Below are positions 12,161 through 25,975 of a stretch of 64,000 nt of DNA, one piece after another. The DNA comes from the human T2T-CHM13v2.0 reference genome, Homo sapiens. The notes below the pieces were generated by a model, which saw only the letters and a list, made by a program, of their open reading frames with translations, ran no database searches and had not been told where the DNA came from. The position numbers and the translations under genes were made by a program. Every line of letters begins with the position of its first letter. Position 1 is the stretch's first letter. The stretch lies in the NCBI RefSeq assembly GCF_009914755.1, contig NC_060942.1; one strand, written 5' to 3'.

Positions 12161-15100
12161 AAGGCCTCAGCTTGAGTGACCTACAACAAGACAGTAAAAT
12201 TAGGACAAAAGGTCTATAAAAATGAAATAAATCAGAATCAAACTTGTTGTAGGTTAAGTTCAAAAAAAAAAATTTTCAAATTACTACAAGTATTGATATT
12301 TCCCTACCAAAAAGTTTTTATTATAATGTTCCCCAAAATATTACAAAGTCTATTAGGAGCTGCTATTTCATTTCCTTTCCAGGAAAAGTCATGTCATATT
12401 TAACTAACATATACAAGTTGCCACAAATAAAAGAAAGAAATAACGTGCTATGTTATTCTTCTTTAATACAAAACTGAAAAAAAATCAAAACAGCAGTAGG
12501 GATGATATAGAAAAATAATTATGGTATCAAAAATATAAAATTTAGCTTTCAGTAGTCTAGTAATGCTATGCATACAATTTTATATATTAAACTACTGGGA
12601 AAGCAGCAAGATTATTGTGTTCTCCCTTGTATACATTCTAATAACTCAAAAGTTTTTAAGCTGTTCTTCACTTCATTGATATTCTTCCTCCAGGCATCTC
12701 TATGCTACGAAATATTTCAATGAAAACTCTTTCTTTTGACAGAATCCAGCTAAAAATATATAAAATTATCAGTGCTTAGGCAGTTTTGTTTTGTTTTTTT
12801 TTTTGCAGAATGTACCCATTAACAAATTACACTGAAATATCACTACCTCTAATTAAATTAGTCTTTCAGAGTACAGGTGGCGTAGAAGCTCCCTTTTCCC
12901 AACTGTATCATTATTAGTCTCTGAAATTTGATGTAATTTAGTTAGCTCCATATTTCTGGTTACTTATGTCAACAAAGAAAGAAATCTAATTCCTAATTTT
13001 TAAAACAGGTTTTTGTTAACTTTGAAAGAAAAAGAAGAGTTTCAACATGAATTTTACTCATAACAGACATTTTGCTAACTGGCATTTTCAAAGATAACAC
13101 TCTAAAAGAAAAAAAAACCTAAACTAAATTAAACCTGTTTCTCAATGAATTTCCACAATGTGGCCTCAAAATGTGCTACAGAAACCATTGAGAACAAATG
13201 TGTCCCCTGAGTAACCAACTTACTAAGATACAGGTAGCCCAAAGAACAAAAGTACGTTACTGTTTTGTGAAACTTGAATTTAAAAAAAGAGGTTCATAGA
13301 ACATGATGTGCATTAAGCACACTAGCCCCACTGGTATGATGTGATACCACACTAACTAAAATTAAAGTCCACTGGGCTATTAAACTACTAAACCCCAAAT
13401 CATTTGCTGACAGTAAAGTTACAGAACAAACAAAAGGATAAGATTTCATCCTAAATACTTAATACAATTTAAGAAGTGCTTATTCTTTAGGAGAAAAAGG
13501 TCAGGATCATACATGAAGAAATAATATATATAAAAAACAGGTCTTGAAAATTTACCATCATAATACATAACTGATAGTTTAAAATGTGAATTCCCAATAT
13601 TTACTGCAAATTGAACAAAAAGATCACTAGCTGCTGGAAAGAACTTTGTAAGCTGAAAAGCTGTACTATTCAAGTAAACTATAAGAATTTAACAAAAGAA
13701 ATATCCAAACCCCATTATTTCTAAAGGCTACTTACATTTTCTGAACATTGGCAACCTGATGTGTATTAAGTATTTAACATATACAGAATTCCATGAAAAT
13801 TTCAGCAATAATCCTATGCTTTCACAAAGGCAATGAAGATATTCAAAGCAATGACATGAAATCTTTAAGCTGCCAATAGAATTTAAGTACTAAAAACAAT
13901 CAATAAATTCTAATATAAGTTCACTGATGCCTTATTATTTGTGAAATATTATCATGTAACCAGGAAAAAATCATGGCTTCCCAATGCATCTTTTTATGAT
14001 TATCTCAGTTCACTACTTTCCAACTTTTCAAAGAATTATTGCATAAACCCTAGAAAGCTGCTCTAGTAGGGAAGATATTCTTCCAACAATCTAAAGGGAT
14101 AGGTAGTATTTCTCAGACTCAGTTCAACTCACTCAGGTCTAACATACAGAGCCACAAAGAAAACAAGCACAAGTAGTATATGGCACATAATAAGAAATGG
14201 ATTCCACTTTTAATGTAGTAACATAACAATAATAAAAGGCAATTTAAAGGTTACTTAATTTTATATACATGTAAAAATGTCTGACTTTGGGTAAGACTCT
14301 TAAAATGCCAGTTATTTTTATTTAGAAATTACATTTTATGCTTACTAAATTTTTATTAGTGTCCACAACTGCAGTCATGTCAAAATGCCATCATTGGTTT
14401 TTTTTTTAATCCTCTTGAAAAATGTTCCCTCTCTTTGTTATACCCTGAAATGAACACTTACCTATGTGAACACACCAACTCAGCAATCTGAATAGTTACT
14501 GCTTCAACTGACAATAATAATCCTTATTCTCATTAATGGGCTGACATTTCCTCTTGCAGAAATGATTACACTTCTATTTCACCATTCTCATTAATTACAC
14601 CAAAGTGAACAGGATTAATTGCCATACACTGTAACAGGATGGCCATCTCAGGTATGCTCCAGCTCCACATCACGTGTTTTATCTGGAAAACATCTTAGGT
14701 GCACGGCTGCTCTAGGGTTCTGCCTAGGAGAATTCCACACAGACCCCTCCCAAATGCTGCTACACACTCTTAGTCCAGCTGTTAGGTGTACTTGTAAAGG
14801 GTCAAGGTATTTTAAATTTTTCAGAGGTAAAGAATTTTCACATTTAATTCTCCCTGTGTAAATATATAAACATGTATTAAAGGATTTCCATTACATTAAC
14901 TAAGATGATGTCCAGGCAAGCATCCTGTGCACGTATTATTTGCTCCCCATTTACATTTCTCAATCTGTATGTATTAGCTAAAACAAATCGAGTTAGGCTA
15001 AAATAATATTCTTATAATGTCCTGATAAATAGATGCAATAAGCAGACTAGTCTGAATTACATCCTTTGCCTAAAAGCCCTGGCATTATTAATGTTTCAAG

Positions 15101-15849
15101 ATAATATGTTAAAAATCCTATTTTTTTTGGAAAACTAACTTACAGTAGACATTTGACTTCCATAAGCATAAAAGTGAAGAAAAACAACAGATGTGGATAA
15201 TTGGGACAATGACAGAAAAAAACACGCACCTAAACAGGAATAATGAAAAAGTATTAAGTGTAAATTTTTTGTCTAAAAAAAGGACTTTTTTAAAAAAATG
15301 TAGGGATATAAAACCAAGGACATATAGAAATGAGGTATGAAGACTTCTGGAGAGCATGGCATGGCACAATAGGTCCACACTGCAGAACTATCACCTTGTT
15401 CAAATACACAGCAATAATAATCAGATGTAAAAGTAAAAACAAACAAACAACAACAACAAAAGAAAAAACCTGGCCAGGATCAAAAACAAGATAGTGGACC
15501 ATAAATGAACCAGTATAAATTGCTGCCTGGATAGGGAACAAGTGGAGGACAAGTGGAAGTTCAGCCTTTGCAGGGTAAAGGAACATGAAGGTGACAGGAA
15601 GCTGGTACAGCAGCTAGGATGCCACTTGACTCCAAAGAATGGGGCTCGGGCTGGGGCTGAGGCTGGGCTTGAGCAAAGGCAGAATGAAAGAGAGATGAAA
15701 ACAAAAATCTTATTCATAGTGAGCCTGAAATTCCCAAATTATTACACATAAAAAAATCTAGTGCTTAAGAAAGCCAACAAAAAAATCAATAACCAGAACC
15801 TAACACACTGCAAAGGAAATTAATTCCCTTGGGTACTCTTCTGGTTTCC

Positions 15850-16600
15850 CCCATCCCATTGATGACTCCCTCTCCATCTCCTTCAGTGCCTTAAGGCTTA
15901 GCTCATGACCTTCCCTGATCCATATTTTCATGCTAGGTAATTTTAACCAATCTTAAGGTTTTAAAAACCACCTGTACCAAGATGAATCTTGAATATATAT
16001 GTCTAAACCGTGACCACTCCACTGAGATCTAGTATCCTACATCTAACTGCCTGCTTGCCATCTCCACTTGGAAATCTAATAAGCAACTCAAACTACAGAG
16101 ATGTGAAAGCCAACTCTGGGTTCACCCTCCTCCTGTACAACCAACTCCATTGTAGTTTCACCCTCCACCCAAATGCTCAGGCTACAAGTCTAGGAGTTGA
16201 GCTTAACTCTTGTCTTACCTAAATGTAATCTATTTGCAAGTTCTAACAGCTCCACTTCCAAAATATATCATCAAGACGACCAATTCTCATCACCTCCACA
16301 GCTAACATCTTACCATCAGTCATTATCCAGCATAAGTCATAGATAGAAGACTCTAACTGATCTCCTACTTCCACTCTTCACAACATCTACGGTGGCCTTT
16401 GAAAAACAAACTGGATCATGTTCAAAAGGTTCCTACTACACACAGAACAAAATCCTTAACAAAGCCCCTGGCCCTTTAACCTCATCCTTCTTTCCTCTTC
16501 TCCTAGCTCACTGGGTCTCTACAGTTACATATGTTTTCTTGTGATTCCTCCAACAAGCTAAATTGGGTCCTGCTTCAGGGCCTTGTTTGTATATTTGAAA
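15850..16600 (+). mobile_element. L2 LINE fragment
   Basis: atctaactgcctgcttgccatctccacttggaaatctaataagcaactcaaact and tgctcaggctacaagtctaggag are L2 hallmarks. Confidence 0.8.
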
Positions 16601-18425
16601 TACTGAACAATGGACGAGAAGGAAGAGGAAAGAACAGAGGAAAAGGGGAATCATGAGAACTTGGAAAGCCAGGCAGGAGACGAAATCCATGTTAAAAATA
16701 AGAGATTAGGCTCATTTTTGTCTTTTATAGATTTCATAGCTAAAGCTATTTTTCCTTAGTTTTTCTAACTTTCTTCCTTTTTCTTTAAGTGACACTGCTG
16801 TTCAATGGGTGATCAGAGCCGACTTGTCCAGTCAAATCAGATAATGAATAAAAGGAACATGAGACCTTGTTTTATTTTTCAGCTGGTTTTACTAGAAATG
16901 AGTGATGTGAATCACAAACTGCCTAGGGGAGGGGTGTAGTATAGTACTCTCTTCAATAAAATCTAAAAAAGTGGAGAAGTGGCAGATAAAAGTGTTTTGA
17001 TGTTGCAGTGTAGTTATTGGTCTACTAACCATAACATGTAGCTATGGCCAAGATGCCCCAGATCACCTACAGTCTGAGCTCTGACTATGTATCACACTCC
17101 CTCTCAAACAGCGCTGGAATTTCTTGCACAAAGAATGAACAAATTCCAACTAGCTTCTCAGTAATAATATACAAAACCAACAACAACAGTCTGGTGTTGA
17201 GCCACGGTTCATTCATATATGTATTACATCCTCTCAAAACTGGGGACTAGGCACAAAGAAATTTGTGGGCTCAGCATCTGAACCATCAATTATAACCCTG
17301 CTTCAACGAGAATGTGTGTTGAATGATTCATAACATAAGAAAACAAAGACAAAGGTAAAGATTGCACCCACTTCCTCATATCCAACAGCACTGGGAACAA
17401 TATTACATTAACATGTTTTTTACATATGTGTGAATTCATCTATCTAAATATAAAAGTGTAGCATACAGTGCTATACTCTGAACAGGATAAGTAATCAAAT
17501 ATTACTCTCATTACTACTGTTTCTAAGTCATGAGTTCAGAATGTTTGTGATAAAATATCTCATTTGGATATCATCTATAATGATTCAAATCCTTTAAGTA
17601 CTTTTAAAAAATTTATTTGCTGTTTAGACAATGGCTTCCCACCTTTACAAGTAGCAAAACAAAAGGTCACAGAGTGTAAGTTTCCTGGTCACATTGAAAG
17701 TGGTGGGTGGTACTGATGCCCAAAGCTCTTTGGGGCGTCCTGGGAAGCACCCATTCCATTTTAGCACCAAGGGAAATTTCCATTTCTTGTTGAACTGCCC
17801 CACACTCAACGAAAATGAACTACATGATTCCTAATCTACCATTTACAGTGAGTATAGAGATAGACATGGCAAGGTCCCTGATCTCTAAGAGTTTAAATTT
17901 AGGGGGAAAGGGCTTAAAAATAAGTAACATAATGGGCAAAACTAAAGTGCTTAATAATTACATTTCAAGGGAGAAAGGGAAATAACTGAAGATTCAATGG
18001 AAATGGCAGGTGGCTTGTGATCTGAGCACCAAAGAATAAACATAATCCCAGTAGGGTATAGACAAAAGATGGCAGCTTCGGAATAAACAGGGGCATGGAC
18101 GCCAGGCAGTGATGGTACATTCACAGAGATATCAATATGTAGAGAAAGGGTGGTGTCTGGATCAGCACAGCAGTTCTTCCCTCAATGCCTTTGTCAATGA
18201 TTAGTATTTGGGAAGTATTTTTTCAAGGGCAAATTTGTTCGGCAAGGTTTTAGGATGTATTATTTTTGTAGGGAGGGATTTTTATGGACTAATGTCTTTT
18301 ATTGAGAAAAACAGTCTCTAGGTAGACTGAAATCCATTAGTCTGAAGGGAGAAATGTCAACAGAGGCACAAACTAAAGATCTAATTACTGATGCACACGA
18401 ATTGGTTCACTGAATTTAGGGGCTC

Positions 18426-18460
18426 TGTGTGTGTGTGTATGTGTATGTATGTGTGTGTGT
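18426..18460. repeat. (TG)n imperfect microsatellite
   Basis: Read directly. Confidence 0.9.
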
Positions 18461-21400
18461 AACAGATGTATCTGACAGCAGGATTAAGTGTTAAAATTTA
18501 AATTCCATTGTAGGTTTTGTACAAAGGCTTAGAATTTCCCCATTTTCTGATCCCATTGGTTTGACATATTAATATGAGGAAGACCATTAGTGGCACTTTT
18601 GAAACACAGGCATCATTCAAAAATACACAATATAATATACAAGATGTGATTATAAAGAAATAGGATTCATTCCACAAGTCACACAGAAAAATCAGATTCA
18701 TTCTATTACAGTCATGCCTTGTATAAATTATAGTCCAGCCAACAGGGGCACTAAATATGCACTTTAATTTGGAGTACAGTACAGAAGTAACCTCACTATC
18801 TAATGAGATGAATTATTAATAAATGCTAAAAGATACTAAAAAAATGCTTGTATTAAAAAGGCCAATGGTAGTCTTATGTATTTTACAAGCAATCTTCAAT
18901 AAGCCACTATCATTTTATACTCAATTGAGCCATACTCTCGATTAGTCTGATATACTATACTTTTCTTTAAATTGGAAGAAATTACATTGATAATCATTTT
19001 TTTATCAATTCTTTCCGGTTTGGTGAAAAAAAATAAAAAGAGCAATGAACTAAAAGCCAGTAAACCGAGTTATGGTCGTGGTTGCGCTGATAATAATCTC
19101 TCAACAGCTTTGGATCTTCATTTCTTCAGCTGTAATATGAGGGACTCTCACTAGATGACTACTCTGCTAATATCTCATACGGCACTAAAACCATGCATAC
19201 GCTATAGTCTCAGATTTGATATCTTAACAAGTACCCAAGTGAATATCACCAGTGAAAGCTCTGCTCAAGTTCTGTTTGCTTTTGTTCATGCTGAGCAGTC
19301 ATTATGAAAAATACAATGGTTTTTCTAAGAAAAAAAGCAAAGGCGAAAACCTACAGGGATAAAATTGTTTTAAATATATTTTTTTTCTGGTTTTTAAACA
19401 GTTATATATCCCAAAGCAAAGTTAAAATCCAAATATCACATTCCAGGAACTACAGATGAAAGAGCAGCAATTGCTGCAGATAAAAATCATAGCAATTATT
19501 CAGTTGTCATTTTTCCTTCCAATACGTTAAAAAATTACATAGGCCTTAATGAATTTTAATTTATAATCTAGGTGTTTTTCTTTTGCTAAAGTTCGTATGT
19601 CATCACAAAAAGAAAACAACAACCACAATAAAAAAAAACAAAAACAAAAACAAAACTCAAGCTTTTGAAACACGAAACACAACTCCCTAGAATAGACCAG
19701 TCACCTTTTTTTGCATGAAACAGATTTCAGTCATTTCAAAACTACGGTGTTACAATGAGTATAAATCCTTGAAGTTCAAACAATACTACCCGTACTTCAA
19801 GTTCCAAATTCTATATCTCATCCCCTCTAAAAGTAATGGATGTCAAATGGTAATGGGAAAACTCTTTAGAGCACAATTCTTTAAAATAGTTTTTTGGAAC
19901 TACCTAATAAGGAATACAAAACAGGTGTAACTCTGGAAAAGAAAATTAAGCTTTCAAGACAACTAAGGACGCAATCCATTATTTCTCTCGAGTTTATCAT
20001 TTTGGTAGGATAAATGCTCCTCAGGAAAGATTAACTGAAGACCTACAAAGTTCCTTAGGAGATATGTGGCAAGAAAACCAGAAAAGGCTCTTCTTTAACT
20101 TTACATGACATACTTTCTTTTTGAAAGTTTCTAATAAAATAAACTCATTCTTTATTCAGTTTTCTTATCATAATGGCCATACACAGACATTCCACTCCAA
20201 GTTTTGGTTTCTAATGAGCAGCATTCCTTCTCTCAGGTTCAGAGTCATTTGCTTTAATAGCCTATTTTACATGCACATACTACCTTTTGATAATTCTTTT
20301 CAGGGACTACAGTTTAGAATTTAAAACAAGCAACTTTGCTGAATATCTTATTGTTTCTCTTGGTGTTTTCAAACCCCTTGATGTTTGGCGAATTTTTACA
20401 AAATTAATGAGGTTAACCTTCATTTTTCAGACTTTCAAAGTTACTTTATGTTAACAGAGACCTCTCATTTAAGGATGACTCATATTCATCTTGTTTAACT
20501 TTATTTTTAGGAAAATTTACTAAGCTCTGCGTAGATACAAAAAAGGAGACGTATGTAACACAAATGACATTTATTAGACAACTAAATACAGGTTAATTCC
20601 ACTTATAATAAATGAGAGACTTATGAAAATAAAAACCTCTGCATTAAAATTTAAAGAGCTATTAATAATGTTTTTCATTGTATAAAGTTCTTTGTCATAG
20701 CTGCATGAGAGTCTCTTGTCTTTGTCCATTCCATGCCTGAATATGTATGTCTCATTACAAGGCAGGCACTGTGAGCGAGTTGAAAATATAAAAGTGAATT
20801 GGGCATGTATTTCACCAGCAAGGAAGACACACCTGTATCTAAGAATTTCTCTAGTAAATTATATGAATTAAGATGAAGATCTACTTAGTGGGGATTAGGG
20901 AAATTAGGTTAAGAAATTTAAAAGCTGAAGTTGACATTTATATAACATAATTAAATAGAGTATCACAGAAAGTATAAACTTTACCACAAAAAATATTTGG
21001 CTTGTAAATGTTAATTTGCCTGCAGTTTGCAGAAGAATGTCTGCTATAATAAAAGGTGCAAATACAGTTTGTTGTTAAGTATTATCAGCTAGATTTGAAA
21101 ATGTATCTCTTGTTTTGAAATACAGATGTACAACTCTCTAAGCCTACAACTCTAGAGAAGACAAGAGTGAAATACAGCTTTTGTAACATTCATTTTTTTA
21201 AATCATCACCATCCCACCCCCATAAAATACATTTGCAGTTTTCTGTGATTATGTTTTAGTTTGATTTTAGGTTAACAGAAATTCACATAAGCATTAAATT
21301 CCTTGTTTAAAATATAAAATGTACTTTGTACATAAGTCTTCTCATTTTATGTTACTTTGTTTTCCAAGTTAACTAAATCACCATGTTATGGAATGAATAA

Positions 21401-23087
21401 GGCAATTTTTGTTACCTGAAAGGAAAACATACAATTCTGCTTGGTTCTTTAATTTCTCAGTGAAGATACACACATAACGCCTTAATAAAAACATGCCATC
21501 AAGTTTCCATTTCCCATAATTCCTTCTGCTTAGTGAACAAAGTCATAATAGGTATGTCAGAATGAAAGCAGGGATAAAGTTCTTTTGAGCTGACGGAAAT
21601 GCCGATGCAGCTTTTTATAACTGGAATACTGACCGTCAGCAAAACAGAGATTGGGTGGCTCAAACAGAGCCCTTATTACATCTGATTCACTGATCCCTTT
21701 CAAATTCTTGCCCCCAACCTTGGGCACAACACAAAACCTTCCTGAGCTCTACTGGTCCTTTTGTCTGTTTGCAAAACAAAATACAACGTAAGAATAAACT
21801 TTAAGGGGGTAAAACAGCACTTCTGTTTGGAAAAATCTTTCCCTTTTGGTTGTCTTAGATGCATTTTCTATCTAGTGTTTTCAGCTAGTAACAATCCATC
21901 ACTTGTCATTTAGCAATCTGTTCAGTAAAAACATCTATAGCTGTCCCAGCTTTCTCTAAAGAAGGAACTTGGGTGAAAAGTCAATAATATATATGCTTTG
22001 CATACTCAGTAGCACTCAAAGTGCTTACAACATAATTAAGATTTGTAAGGAGTTGGTTTCATATCCTAAATTGGGTATGAATCCAAGATTAAATGTCAAA
22101 AAAAGTGTTATCTGGGAGTACTTGTTAAAATACAAAATCTCATAAATAAAGAAATGCATTTTATGTAAAATGAAAGATGCTCTAAGTGCAAACCATGCCT
22201 ATACATAATTTTGCTAATGGGTAGATACAAGATTCCCAAAGAGTGCTTCTTCTCCCAGATTTTTACACACCATGAAACTTTCTGAGGATTCAGATAGGTT
22301 GCCAGCATGAAGGCAGAGCTACTTTTAACAATGGATTGTCAGATGTCTTGTTTTTAAACATCCCCCTTTTAACAATCAACTTTCTAGTTCACACCATATG
22401 CTAAGGTGTTTGATACAGCATAAGAATATTGTGGGAAGCAGCGAGAAAACTTACAGAAATACTTTGAGACAATGCTGAACCTTAGGATTCTGAGAGGTGA
22501 GACTGGGAAGAAGCGAGTTCCAGTAAGTTGCAGAAATAACCCAGAGCAGAAGAAAGGAGGCAATGACACCTCCAAGGGAAAGCAAAGCTAACCACTGCTT
22601 AAAATACGGAATTCATACAAGAAAAAAAATCTGTAAATTGGATATGGGCAAACTTACAAAAACTTGGTAGACAAGTGTCAAACATTTTTGAGAGGGGGAA
22701 GTAATGTTTTGGGACAAACGACTCAACTTAAATATACAGGCTGAAATTACAAATGAAAACCTAAAGGCTAGCAAAGCTCTCAAGAGGTTATTGTTTGAAC
22801 ATGAACTAGAGATCTAGCCAGAGTAATGGGAACAGGAATCTCAAAAGAAGAAACATATAAAAAAAGATGATGAAGAAAGAATCCACAGGAATGGGTAGCT
22901 AATAGTATGTGGGCATAGAAAACGGTAATTGAAGGGAAGTAAGGAGTCAAAAAAGGATGCCAATGTTTTGAATCTTGTTGACTTGGGAAAAGAATAGAAA
23001 CAGGTTAAACCTCAAGGAGGAAACAGTTTTATGAAAGACTGTTTTTCAGAACTGCTGATTTAATTTAGCATTAAAAATATATATGAG

Positions 23088-23368
23088 GGCTGGGTGCAGT
23101 GGCTCAGACCTATAGTCCCAGCAATTTGGGAGGCCAAAGCAGGCAATTACTTGAGCCCAGGAGTTCGAGACCAGCCTGGGCAATATGGCAAAACTCCGTA
23201 TCTACCAAAAATACAAAAATTAGCCAGGCATGGTGGCGCACACCTGTAGTCCCAGCTACTCAGGAGGCTGAAGTGGGAGGATTCCTTTAGCCTGGGAGGT
23301 GGAGGCTACAGTGAGCTGTGATTGCATCACTGCACTCCAGCCTGGGTGACAGTGAGACCTTGTCTCAA
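23088..23368 (+). mobile_element. AluJ-like, followed by (TG)n instead of poly(A)
   Basis: J-type ttgagcccaggagttcgagaccagcctgggcaa and ggattcctttagcctgggagg; gtgtgt... at 23369-23398. Confidence 0.9.
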
Positions 23369-24394
23369 GTGTGTGTGTGTGTGTGTCTATGTGTGTGTAT
23401 GAAATGTGCCTGTTCTGAGTGCTATAAAGGACTCATAAACTACCCCAAAGGCCTTACTCTGCAGGAGCTTCCCCAGTTCAATTATAGGAACCAATGCATG
23501 CATTTTTTGTGCAGTTGAAGTCCCAGGAATCAAGTGAAATCTCTCAGGTAGAAAGTCATAGATTATCTTGTTTACTTGTCTTATTGACAGAAAACATCTG
23601 ATAGCCATCTTGTATGCAGACATCTCTTCAAAAAGGTATTTTACAAAATGTACTGATGTCAGCCTTGTTTCGTGTTTTCTCCTTATTGAATTTATTAGTT
23701 TCTTTACTCATGGATCTTTGATAATTTGTGTGTTTCCTCTGCACCACATTCTAATTTGCTACCACCTTTTTCAAACGTAAAACTCACAAAACTAAATTTT
23801 TTAAGAGCACGACTGCTGGTGCAAATTACTGTCATCACAACAACATTTGAGTACCTACTGAATGCAAAATACTTTACAGCTTCTGGAACTCCTGTGAAGA
23901 TTTGGCAATTTCTTGTGGACTTAAAAATCTTTGAATGTATTAATGATAATTGAAGGATCCACATCTCATCTCTGGGATTGTACACAGGATAGTGAACTTT
24001 ATGTGTCTTCCTTCATACTCTTAGTTCCTTGTTTAATGCCCTGCCACCTGACTGGGTCTAATGTCATGCAAAGTCCCTTCATTTCTCTCCTTTCCACAGC
24101 TATTGGAAGCTAGCAAGTCCATAACCTACTGCTTAGCTCCTTGCATGAATCCACATTTCTGACGTCTCAGGATTGCGCGGCATAGGGAAGGGCAAGGATA
24201 CATGACTCACAGGACGTCCTGTGTTTGAGGTCAGGGCAGGGTGCTACACAGGAACTCTGATTGGCTGGCTGCATTCCTTCCATGCTAGTTCCAGTCTTCT
24301 CTTGGACTTGGGAGACTGGTATTGATATTTCACTGATTTCGCATACAGGATCATATCTGATCCTTGGAACTCCAGGCTGAGTAGGCAGCAACTC

Positions 24395-24475
24395 ACATTT
24401 CCATTTTATAAATGAATTAATTATGGCTCAGGGAGATTAAGCAACTTGCCCCTAGGTCCCACAACTGTCAGACAG
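24395..24475 (-). mobile_element. MIR fragment
   Basis: ccattttataaatga...ggctcagggagattaagcaacttgccc. Confidence 0.7.
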
Positions 24476-24822
24476 AATAAACTGCCATTATTAGGGACCA
24501 AATGAACTATAAATAATGATAGGTTTCTAGCTCACACTTACTTTATGGGTTGTTATAATTACCTATTTTCTGCTCTATCAGTGCCAAGTCAGGATTTCAC
24601 AGTCTGTATCGTGTGTTTTTTTTGTCAAATTCTCCTTACCACTAATTTGTAAGGATACTTTTCCTCCAATTTTAAAAGTTGTAGGGTTAGGCAATTCCAC
24701 ACAATTTGGAGTTCTGTGTGGTTTATAAAACAGATCTTGATATTTTACAGTGATTAGTATAAACACAAGAAAGCAAAGGTTGGTCAACATTTATGGCTCA
24801 AGAAAAAGAGAGTATTACATAA

Positions 24823-24981
24823 CCAACCAACAGTTATTTCCTTTTAACTATATGCTGATGACAATGCATGCTTTAATATTGGCAACAACTGACCGGCAAT
24901 GCCAAAATCAGAAGCACATCTCATTTTGACTAACTGAACACAAATAAAATTTGCAAATAGTTTGTATTATGATCGTATCTT
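24823..24981 (+). repeat. Arm 1 of ~160-bp inverted duplication (partner 27843-28003)
   Basis: Manual alignment to the reverse complement of 27843-28003 gives ~21 differences in ~162 positions. Confidence 0.95.
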
Positions 24982-25784
24982 AAAATGGTGCTACTGACGA
25001 ATGAATAACTATTTGTTTAGTTAGAGGCAATGACACTTACTGAAAGTTGATTGAGCATTTGTGCACAGGGCCTCAGAGCGAATCCAAACAAGTGTGTGGC
25101 ATGCTGGGGTCCTAACCACTCACTTTACAGCCAAAATACTACTCTTATTAAAGAGAACCACCCCAGAATTCTTGTATGATCAAGATAGTAATAGTACTCC
25201 TAACTTATAGCTATGAAGCACGTTAAATGATGCAAAACTGCCTTCATATAAGCAGAAGGCCAATTATAATTCCTGACATGGCAGTACTCCAAAAACTGTA
25301 TGCCAGTGGAGCGAGTTCCATCACATCAGCAAAGTAATTAAGTCACTTCCAAGTAGGTAAAATTCCATGAACAGACAATGTTAATTTTCTTAGGTCAGCA
25401 TCCTGATAAAAATTATGTTCCAACAATCTGCAGTCAACACAAAAACCTTTAGGTTTACCTCCTGTTAACAGAAATGTTCAGAGCAAAATTAACCACAGGC
25501 AGCAAAAATGGCAACTGCTGGAAAAATAACAGATGCAGAGAGCAGAGCAAACAATATAAAGTAGATGCTGAAAAAACACATTCCAGCCAAGCTTCAATGT
25601 AGAATTCTACAAACCCTTATATAGCAAATATTGCCCTACTAAGTGCAACAAAAATATTATACACAGAATACCAAATGGGTGACTCCCATCCCAGCTTACT
25701 GGAGACTCACAGTGTAGTGAGAGCACAACAAATACCAAGTATTCTAGTTTATTATTCTCACATGGAAAGATCTTTGATTCACTG

Positions 25785-25975
25785 ACTGGATGTTTATGCC
25801 AGACACACTCCACAGATAATCTCATTTTATCCTAAGAACTCTAAAAGGTAGATGTTACTTTAGAAATAAAAAAATTCCTGAGTCATAAGGAGATAAAGTA
25901 CCAGACCCAGGATGACACAGTGGTGGAACTAAGAATGTTTGAACATCACTCTGTGATTCCAAATCCTGGTATGGT
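25785..25975 (-). mobile_element. MIR fragment
   Basis: atgccagacac...atctcattttatcctaagaactctaaaaggtagatg...cccaggatgacacag. Confidence 0.65.

Noticed and set aside
13136-13196. ttctcaatg...cattgagaa inverted repeat
   Set aside because: Resembles decayed hAT-Charlie (MER5-type) termini; short and imperfect.
14462-14507. Minus-strand strong donor (ATAG|gtaagt) with a possible 46-nt exon
   Set aside because: Weak acceptor, length not divisible by 3, peptide unrecognisable.
15641-15674. GGGCT-type repeats resembling immunoglobulin switch pentamers
   Set aside because: Only about five units; far too short to be a switch-like region.
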